The translations under genes were made by a program, and so were the position numbers. From Perkinsus olseni (taxonomy: Eukaryota): 20,000 nt of DNA. Where the stretch lies: NCBI GenBank assembly GCA_013115125.1, contig JABANN010000125.1, forward strand, positions 47,104-67,103. Direction: 5' to 3'. This document shows positions 10,370-19,259 of the stretch, in pieces; position 1 is the first letter of the stretch, and the number at the start of each line of letters is the position of its first letter. Below the pieces are notes generated by a model. That model ran no database searches. It worked only from the letters and a program-made list of their open reading frames with translations, and had not been told where the DNA came from.

Positions 10370-12120
10370 ATCGAGTAGTGCGCATTATTCCATCATATTC
10401 CACCAGCGAGTTCATCGCACACCACGACACTTCGGAGCAGGGCGATGTAAACGGCTCACGACTCCAATTTCGGCTTCACCTAGGATTGTTGCATCAAACA
10501 GACTTCGGGCTTAGTTCAGCTGTCATTCCAGTTTGATATAGATGACAGTCCTCTGAATGAAACGTGGTAGCCGTACGGTCGAGAAAATCTTATGCGTAGG
10601 CCTCCGTTTCCTGACTTGCATGTGGTGCAAGGCTCCTTCGGCCCCGAAGCTGTGGGGTGCGCCATTGCCGGAGATCTCAAGACTCTGGGATGCTGCTCAG
10701 TCTTTCAGAGCGACCGTGCACACAAGAACGTGACATTTTGAGACATTGTCAGCATACCAAATTACCATGGCCGGCCAGTTAATGTGACATCAATGATGTA
10801 AACGTGCTCCCTACATGGTTGTAGAACATGGTTGTCCCTCCCTCGGGAGGGCATTAAAGCCAAGGTAACCACTCGCAGTCTCTCCATCGAGAGCTGATTC
10901 GAGATCCCCGATAAAACTCGCGTTCACTGAGATTTTTACCTGACTCTTAGCACAAGTCGGAGAAGCTGGAAGATGCTCGAGGGATTGAGAGATATCTCAT
11001 TGAGTCAAAAAGTTAAAGGCGAGAGCGCAGTCATGCCCTTCTGAGCGAAGCTTCAGAACTTGTTGACTCTTACAATAGTCAATCTGTCAGGATGATTGAA
11101 GCCATCAGCCGCTCGCAACCACAATGTCATCTACAACATACAACAGATCTGGCAACAGTATTTGCAGTTGCAGATGAGAGTTGAGCGGGCCAGCACTCGA
11201 GGAGGGCCAACCGAAGGGAGCCGATGCCTGGCCCCCCCCTGCCAGAGCAATTGTTCAAAGAATGATGGGATGACAAACGAATGAATGAAATGATCTGTTG
11301 AGATCGCCACGACTATGCTAACGCCTTAGACTTTGCTGGTGGTTAGGTTGAATAGTCCGGCGAAACACCATCAACTAATACGGGCATGAGCATACGCATT
11401 TACGTCCTTCAATAATACATTTACACTGCGGCTCGCAACCTCCACTCTCTATTATGCAGTACTGCATTTGGCAGAATGGTTTGGCGCTCCCGAGCGTAGG
11501 AGAGGGGGCAAGGAACCACTCGGCGCTACACAACAGGGTGAACGGGACGATGCCGATCAGCAGGTGATAGAATTGAGCCATCAGCAATGGCCAGTATCAA
11601 TGACTGAACAACCATACAATTCTAGCCTCAGAAAAGTTAATACCATCTTTGAAACAAATCGAAAACTCTCCTCAGCGAGACTTTCACGGCAACCTCGGGC
11701 TTTCGTGCGTGCTCATCAACCGGAGTGTCACACTTAGTGGTTACGTATTGTGTCAGATCAGACCGACTCATTTTGAGTGCATCAGTATGGACTTAGCTTT
11801 CCTAGTCACCGCTATCTAGGCTGAGCGGCTGACGAGATCTATTCTCGCATAGTTGGTGATAGTTGCGCTGTCTCTCAACCAACTATTGCTTCTTACCCAT
11901 TTGCACGCATACGCAGACGACTCTCTGTGTCTCGCGAAGCGACAGTGTCGCTGCGACACGGACACGGATACGGACCCCAGATTGAGAACTCAGTTGACAG
12001 AGTCAGAGGCTGCGACGCAGCTATGCACAGCTTGAGAACTAGTCTTCCTGCTGCGGCCGGGCACGTCCAGCAGGTTGTTATGCCGTCGAATACTTAACCT
12101 CGGATTTGACAGGTTTGAGC
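10370..12120 (-). repeat. Duplicated unit A carrying peptide copy 3 (boundaries approximate)
   Basis: Shared blocks: gcgcattattccatcata (~10380 vs ~16200), gtttgata.agatgacagt...acgtggtagccgtacgg (~10531 vs ~14020), gagatatctcattgagtcaa (~10990 vs ~14502), ggagggccaaccgaagggagccgatgcctgg (~11201 vs ~14712), tcttacccatttgcacgcatac (~11892 vs ~17352). Confidence 0.85.
11375..11581 (-). CDS. Small secreted 8-Cys 'CEPQC...CPY' peptide, copy 3 (68 aa)
   Basis: MAQFYHLLIGIVPFTLLCSA|EWFLAPSPTLGSAKPFCQMQYCIIESGGCEPQCKCIIEGRKCVCSCPY*. ATG at 11581, TAG at 11375-11377. Confidence 0.88.
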   Translation of the reverse strand: MAQFYHLLIGIVPFTLLCSAEWFLAPSPTLGSAKPFCQMQYCIIESGGCEPQCKCIIEGRKCVCSCPY

Positions 12121-13889
12121 GGCTCAAATTGAGCCACCTTACAGCAGTTGGCTGCCTCGCGGATCCGATGAGCGGTGAATCGTACATCGCTTTAGTACAT
12201 TCCAATTACGAGTTTCAAAGACTTTACCCCCGTCAGTTCCTCGCTCAGCGACTGCTTCAGGCGGGGAAAGTAATCAACGCCGTTAGAGCGGGTTTACAGA
12301 GTGCTGTCGTATCTCCAAGGCTTCCGTCTCCCGAATTGAGCTACATTCTCGGGATCAGTTGCGCATGGAGGTCCTTCCGTGAGGCAGGCGCATCACACAG
12401 AGCAGAATAGCGTGTGTAGGGTTTCATGCTGTAGGTTCGTACCTTATTCACAGTTTGAATTTCAAGTAAGGTTTCGTGGTTCTGTTCCTACCTTCTGGCC
12501 GAGCGGAGATGATCCAGCGCAATGCGCTGCCACATAGTATATGCGCTCGGCGCATATACTACGTGGCAGCCAGATTTTTGTGAGAAGTTCCCAAATCGTT
12601 AACTGTATCTTGCCACTGATATTAGAGACACGGCGGAACAGCTGGACTGCGTGCTGTCGCCCAAGTGCCTTGAAAATGTGTACAGCAGCCTTGACAATCT
12701 TCTGCCGATTCAAGCGAGATACATCCTTGCAATATCCTCGGAAAAGTGAGCCTGTCCCCGAAACTTAGATGATACCCCACACGAAACTTGTGTAGTGTAG
12801 AGTGGTGCAAACATTGGTCCGTGACGCGCTCGCCCAGGTGGCTAGTGACTCCTAGCTATACCTTAGCTCCGTACTGATATGGTCTGTAATCTGTCATCGC
12901 CTGTCCGTTGTAGTGACCAGCGGCGTCAACCATTGTACGTGTGTATCTGTTAGTTTGGTGAGCGTGCTGGCTCAATTTGCCCACCCTCTGCCACCCGGGT
13001 AGTTTTACTGTCTGCATCTGGACGTGCAATCCACAGCTGTCGGTGGATGGCAGTCCGATGGCCCAGATTTGATCGGCAGGGCGGGACGAGTCGAGTTGAC
13101 GAGTTTGGGGTGGGAAGCTGCGATCGGGCCTAGGTTTGCAATTCACCAGTCCCTGGGCCAGGGTAGGAAGCTATACTGGCTCACAGCAAGTCTCGCACTC
13201 ATCAGTCAAGCACTCCGCCCGCCGTTGCAACCCAGACGGCGCCACCCCGCATCTGTTTCCAGATAAGAACGGGTCAATTGATCGCTCGGCGATGAAGGCA
13301 ATAGGCCTCGGAGTCATTTCAACCCTTGGACAATCGATTCCCTTTCTGTATGGTCCATTAGCCTCGCTTCATAAAAGGAAACTTTATTCTACCTAACGCT
13401 CGTTATCCCGCCGGGCGAGCGCCTAACTTGTGAGAAAGACTCCCCCTTACAGGTGGCTTTCAACTAAAGCAAAGGCAGACGTATATCTCGGCAAAAACTG
13501 CGATTGATGATGCCCAACCGTGGCCACCCCTCACCAGAATGAGCGGGAACTTCGAGGAAACAAATATTGAGATTGAACTCTACCTTGAAGTGAACGCCGC
13601 ACTAGTCCGTTATCAACAAAGTCCGAGCGTAGTCGGGCAGAGACATGTCGATTGCCCGTAAAATATGGAGGGAGCTCGACTCGGACGACCGACTGAATCC
13701 CTTTCGTGGCCGACTGTCGAGCGGGGTGCTCGGGAATCACCGGTGCAGAGGCAGGCAAAGGTGAGACAAAAAGGGGACGCGAGTGACGCTCGGGCACGAT
13801 GGCATCTGTTCCGCCTTATTGTTGTGAAAAATGAGGAATTTCGCTGGGAAAATCGCACCATTTGAGGTGTATTTGCGTAGATTTCTCAG

Positions 13890-15870
13890 CTCAAGCTGCT
13901 CGAACCATCCTCCCTGAGGATGAGTGAGCCATGGAATATCCCCCTGTCGGTCACGATGGCACCGTCACCCAGGATGGTTGCTCCACCCATACTTCGGGCG
14001 GCTCTGAGCAGTTATTCAAGTTTGATACAGATGACAGTTGTCTACATCGAGCCACGTGGTAGCCGTACGGGCGAGGAAATCTCATGCGTTTACTATTAAC
14101 TTGATAGTATTAAGAGCACGCAGCAATTGTTACATGAGGAGTTTCGTGACAACGACACTTGAGGCTCCTTCTTGTCCCTTGCATGCTGTGCGACTCTTGG
14201 ATGCTTTGCCGGTCTTTCGAAGCGGCCATGCACACAATAACGTGACATTTCGAGAACTCTTCAGCATGGTAGACTAGCATAGCCGGTTCGTTAATGTGGC
14301 ATCAGGAATGTGAACGCACGTTTAGCGTGCTCCCTAGAACCTGGCTTTCGATCCCTCGGGAGGAGATCCAAGCCACAGTTATCGCTCCTCCTAGTTTCTC
14401 CATTATGCGTTAGTTCTCCGCTTATTCACTAAGTTCATCGCCAGACTCAGTGCAAGTCGGAGGCGCTGGGAAACGGTGAACTTCATCGGGTGAAGGACTG
14501 AGAGATATCTCATTGAGTCAAGAAATTGAATAGCAAGCGTACAGCCATACCCTTGCGAACCCTTCCGAAACTTGTCGACTTCCTGTGTAATCAATCAGTG
14601 GGGAGGGTTCAAACTATCAGGCTCTTGCTATCACGATTACATCTACAACGTACAGCAGAATCGGCAGCAGTATTTAGTGTTGTAGATGAGCGTCGAACGG
14701 GCCAGCACCCGAGGAGGGCCAACCGAAGGGAGCCGATGCCTGGCTCCTCCTGCCAGAGTGATTGTTCAAACAATGATGGGATAATGAATGAATAATCGGT
14801 TGAAATCACCGTAACTGGGCTGACGCCAAAGACTTAGCCGACGGTTAAGTTGAATACTAGGGCGACACACCATCAACTAATACGGGCATAAGCACATGCA
14901 TAAATGACTTACATCAATGATACATTTACACTGCGGCTCGCAACCTCCAGCGACTTCTTTGCAGAGCGAGCTCGGGCAGGGTGAGAATGTAGGGAAGGGG
15001 GGAAGGAACCTCTCAGCGCCAGATAGCAGGGTCAACATGACGGTGCCGATCAGCAGGGGATAGAAGTGGGCCATGAGCGACGGCCTGTGTTAATGACTGG
15101 ACAACTTTGCGGTTCTAGACTTGAAAGAGTAAATGCCACTCCTGCGAAACATCAAAAACCGCCCTCATCGAGACGTCCTCGGCAATCCCGGGCTCTCGTG
15201 CGTGCTTGTCAACCGGAGTGTCACAGGCTGTAGTTACGTATTGTGTCTATTCAGACCGGCGCATTTTGATTGCATTAGGGCAGAGTTAGGTTTCCTAGCA
15301 ATTGCTAGTCTTAGCAGCGGACTAGAGCTACCCTAGCATAATTGGGTATAGACTACAACAAACTATAACTGAGCTACGCTGTCTCTCGATCAGCTGTGCT
15401 TCTCATTATTCGCACGCATATACAGACAACTTAAGATAGGACGATCTGCCTGCCCTGTTGGCCAGTCTTCTTTTGCTGCGATAAATCGATTGCTCGTTAT
15501 ATTGATATGTGTAAATCGACTCCGTTTGGTCATCATCAGCTACCTCTTCATCGTTGAATGTGCGACCCTGCCTGTGCGAAGTAGACAGTATTTGGAGGCC
15601 ATAGCTAAGTACAGTCTTAAGCATAGCTAGTACGTGTATGTGTCGAAGGCTCGGTTACAAGTGCAGCCTTTCGAGAGTTATGATCGGCACATCTGCCAAC
15701 CTTGTCGGCCGTTGCTCAAGTATAATCTTCTGTATCTGCCTTTGGCATTATGTTGCCAGAGCTATTGTCATCGACTACCTACAGTTACTGTAGGTACAAC
15801 ACTGTAGTGCAGTATCACCGGGTCACCCGGGCACGACTCTGTGTGTCCCGAGGAGCCTCTTGACTAGTAG
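13890..15870 (-). repeat. Duplicated unit B carrying peptide copy 4 (includes an ~400-bp insertion at ~15431-15834)
   Basis: gctcgaacca...gatgagtgagccatggaatatc (~13898-13940) matches ~16119-16151. The unit is collinear with unit A from ~14020. Homology breaks after cgcatatacagac (~15427) and resumes at gactctgtgtgtcccgaggag (~15835). Confidence 0.8.
14877..15074 (-). CDS. Small secreted 8-Cys 'CEPQC...CPY' peptide, copy 4 (65 aa)
   Basis: MAHFYPLLIGTVMLTLLSGA|ERFLPPFPTFSPCPSSLCKEVAGGCEPQCKCIIDVSHLCMCLCPY*. Confidence 0.88.
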   Translation of the reverse strand: MAHFYPLLIGTVMLTLLSGAERFLPPFPTFSPCPSSLCKEVAGGCEPQCKCIIDVSHLCMCLCPY

Positions 15871-16109
15871 TTGCTGGTGGAGACCCATGAGGTAAAAGCA
15901 AGCCACCGTACACGGTGCAAGACTATTAGTTTGAGATCTGAGAAGTTCCATACAGTTGCAATTCTGAAGACGTCCGAATCATATTGAGGCGACATTGAAA
16001 CTTCTTCTTTCTACTCTTCGTATGTTCCGTAGGAGTTCTTATACTGGATGATGCAGTGGCACTGTACCTCTGGCAGAGCTGTACTGCAGAATCATGCTTA
16101 GGGTTTTCA

Positions 16110-17480
16110 GCCCAAGCCGCTCGAACCAAGATGAGTGAGCCATGGAATATCACTCTCTGATCCGCCCTCGGCCAGGGGGGCAGAAGTTGGTGGAGGAGCG
16201 CGCATTATTCCATCATAATATTCCGCCAGTGAGGTTATCGTACAGTGTACGACGTACACGGTGGTTGGGAGCAGGGCGATGCTCACGGCTAATGGCACGT
16301 CAGCTCACAAGCCGAGACGGGGACCAAAGTCACAGTCATCACTCGTAGTCCGCCAGACCACGCCACACTTCGAACCTGTGAGCTCCTTCCAAATGACCGC
16401 CAGACTCTCAGCGCAAGTCAGAGAAGGTGGGAAATCCTTTGAAGATTGAGAAGATTGAGAGATAGGTCATGAAGTTGAAGGCGAGCGTGCAGCCATGCTC
16501 TTCCGAGCTTGTGGACTCTTACAATAGTCAATCTGTCAGCCTGACCGTGTCAGGGTGGTTCAAGCTGTCGGGCGCTCGCTTTTACAAAGGCATCTACAAT
16601 TTACAACAGATGCGGCAACAGTATTCAGACTCTGAATACTGTATTTCAGAGTACTTCTGAATTTCAGAGTTGTAGATGAGCGTCGAGCGGAACAGCACCC
16701 GACCAAGGCCAAACGAAGGAAACCAATGTCTCGCTCCCTCTAACTCGCTGCCTCGAGTAATTGGTCAAAGAGTGATAAAATAATAATGGATGAATGATTG
16801 GTTCGAATCTCCATGATTATGTTAACACCCCAGAATTTGCGGTACTCTTGAATAGTCCGGCGAGACACCATGAACTAATACGGGCATGAGCACACGCATA
16901 TACGTCTATCATCAAGAATACATTTACATTGGGGCTCGCAGTGTAATGGCACGCACCACCAGGTTGGACAGTCGTCGTCATCCTCGAGAATACGAGGAAG
17001 GGCAAGGAACCGCTCAGCGCCAGATAACGGGGTCAACGAGACGATGCCGATCAGCAGAAGATAGAATTGGGCCATGAGCAACGGCCTGTATCAATGACTG
17101 GACAACTATGCAATTTTAGACTTGGCAAAGTTAAAGGCATCACCATAACAAGCCAGCCACTCTCCTCCGGGAGACGCGGTGGTGCTCGTGCGTGCATGCC
17201 ACTCGGACTTCAGTTACCGGAGTCTGTCACAGACTGCAGTCTGGTATTGTATCTATTCATTACCATCTAGTCTGAGCAGCTGACAAGAGTTATCCTCGCA
17301 TAATTTGTTACAGTTGTGCTGTCTCGAGATCAACAATGCTTCTTACGGTAATCTTACCCATTTGCACGCATACACAGACGGCTCTCCGTGTCCCGAGAAG
17401 CCGGGGGACTAGCCTTCCTGCTGTGATCGGGCACATCCAACGCGCTGTCATGCCCTAGAGTACTTCTCGCCAGGCTTGCA
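16110..17480 (-). repeat. Duplicated unit C carrying peptide copy 5 (boundaries approximate)
   Basis: Collinear with units A and B: gactcttacaatagtcaatctgtcag (~16514 vs ~11064), ttgaatagtccggcga.acaccat.aactaatacgggcatgagca (~16848 vs ~11348), actag.cttcctgctg...cgggcac.tcca (~17408 vs ~12038). Confidence 0.85.
16875..17075 (-). CDS. Small secreted 8-Cys 'CEPQC...CPY' peptide, copy 5 (66 aa)
   Basis: MAQFYLLLIGIVSLTPLSGA|ERFLALPRILEDDDDCPTWWCVPLHCEPQCKCILDDRRICVCSCPY*. ATG at 17075. Confidence 0.88.
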   Translation of the reverse strand: MAQFYLLLIGIVSLTPLSGAERFLALPRILEDDDDCPTWWCVPLHCEPQCKCILDDRRICVCSCPY

Positions 17481-18434
17481 GCACCTAACAGGGGGTGGAA
17501 GTTCTCGACCCATCGCTTCTCATGGATTCGAGGACCAATCGGTGCGAAGAAGTGAGTCCGCAGGGCTCTGTGCTTACTACTTGAAATGAACCTCTTCAAT
17601 GATCAAAGAGGTTGCCGGAAGAACAATATAATGACGCTACCTTTTTCATCTCAGATGAAGTTCTCCGAGGAAGGAATGCGGCAATCTCATTCAGCTATCT
17701 CTCAGCAGAAGCATCGTCGCAAATGCACGAGGGAGCATCCCATCGCTGGCGGCCAGTTATTGGCTTCGGCATCAGTCTGTGGCTAAGAATCCATAACTCG
17801 CCTCTTGTTTACTCAGAGCTTCTATCGACGTAGTGCATTCTCAAGCAACGGGTACTTCGATGGGGACCACCCCATGCAAGGCCAAATAATGTACAAAAAG
17901 ATTTGACCAAGTGTTGCGCATGAGCCTCGGACAGATTTGACTGAGTGGTAGGCCACACGAGTGGTCCGCTAATAGCGGATTCCCCTGACGATTTTTGAGA
18001 TTTTGTTCTCCTTGGTTCCCTTCCAAGCAACTGGCCCGTACGGTTGTGGCTCGGGTTGATAGAGTAATCTGCGCCAGTGGTGCAAGTTCACGAAGAGCTG
18101 CCATCCCGTATGAGGCGTTCATACGCTCAGTTGAGTTATTAACCCTCTTCGCTAGGTGCAGATGGAAGTGTTTCCGTGTAGCGGATGCGTATGGCAGGGC
18201 AGTGAAATTCTTGATGCTCTAGGTCTCTCAGAGACGAACTTGCGCACTTTCAGGTAGAGACCGTTTATACCTGAAAGTTCGCACTTTGAGCCATATCACG
18301 CTGTTCTGTTCCAATTAATGTTTTGGAGCTAGAAGAGATGAGTCAGCTCATATCATGTGACAGCTCGGGTTTTTGTAAGAAACTTGCACTCCGTGGAGAG
18401 TATCAGATACACCGGATCTTATCAAAAATCAGAA

Positions 18435-18494
18435 ATACCACGGGACAGTTGTGTTGTGACAGTTGTGATACCGGGACAGTTGTGTACCACGGGG
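18435..18494. repeat. Short imperfect tandem repeat
   Basis: gacagttgtg occurs three times, interleaved with taccacggg/taccggg: ataccacgggacagttgtgttgtgacagttgtgataccgggacagttgtgtaccacgggg. Confidence 0.7.
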
Positions 18495-19039
18495 CTACGG
18501 TTGTCGCCAAAATTCCTCGAGTGCTCTACAACCTCGAAGATCAAGGTTTCAACCAGTGGGACCCAGACGGCGTCAACTGGTGCATCTTTCTTCAGACAGT
18601 AACGGGTCGACGGCCCGCTCATCGAGTCAGGTCGAAGTGTGATCTCCAACAGGCTCGAAAAATCGGACCGGCCTGCAACTATATAGTTTGAGAGGGATTC
18701 GTGTTTTCGTCTTTTGCAGTTCCTACCGTGCAAAGTCGAGCCTCGCAACTTTCTGCTGTCGAGTAGCTGCTACTCAGTAGCATGGGAAGTTCCCATTGGG
18801 AACTCTCTGCTCTAGGGAGCTCCTCGAAGCGCTCGACCGGCCGTCTTCAGCCGCATGATCAAAGTCACACGGTCGGATCAGATAAGGTTGGCGCGCCTCG
18901 ACTTCAAAACTAACGTTTAGCGCAAGATGGGTACGTCTCCAATGAATGATTAAATAGTAAATGGATGAAAAAAATGGTTGGGGCAACTGTAACGCTGGTG
19001 CTAATACTTTTGCTAGAATGTCCGGCGAAAGACCATCCA

Positions 19040-19259
19040 CTAATACGGACAGTTGCATATGCACCCATATCTATCATCACGAAGACATCCACACTGCGGC
19101 TCGCAACCTCCCGTATACTTTTTACATAGGAAGGCTGGAGTCCAGCCGCTGGACAGTATACTTACCCACGAGGATGCCAGGTCGGACAGGGAGTCCCTCA
19201 GCGCTAGGCAACAGGGCCGGTAAGACGGTGCCGATCAGCAGTAGATAGAATTGAACCAT
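19040..19259 (-). pseudogene. 'CEPQC...CPY' peptide copy 6, frame-disrupted (or rescued by a 31-nt intron)
   Basis: Not in the ORF track. ATG 19259 gives MVQFYLLLIGTVLPALLPSAEGLPVRPGILVGKY... and then a stop. A different frame gives ..AFLCKKYTGGCEPQCGCLRDDRYGCICNCPY* ending at TAG 19040-19042. Start to stop is 220 nt (3n+1). Confidence 0.75.

Noticed and set aside
12075-13865. ORF fragments between units A and B (e.g. GPDLIGRAGRVELTSLGW, faintly like BEL/Pao elements)
   Set aside because: All frames are stop-riddled and there are no diagnostic RT, integrase or protease motifs. This is probably decayed repeat DNA but cannot be named.
11096-14795. Similar + strand ORFs ending CQS(N/D)CS(K/N)NDG(M/I)xNE at 11096-11284 and 14526-14795
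   Set aside because: The similarity follows from the DNA duplication. Both start at TTG rather than ATG, upstream frames differ, and the unit C equivalent is broken.
17645-17659. Isolated 7-bp-arm palindrome ttcatct-c-agatgaa
   Set aside because: About one such match is expected by chance in 20 kb (20000/4^7), and it is neither chained nor at a known junction.
18323-18748. 122-aa and 108-aa ORFs on opposite strands
   Set aside because: No recognisable domain, and the region includes a short tandem repeat.
7965-19259. Metallothionein or bacterial RiPP interpretation of the Cys-rich ORFs
   Set aside because: Signal-like peptides and aromatic residues argue against metallothionein. The context is intron-rich eukaryotic DNA with no modifying enzymes nearby.
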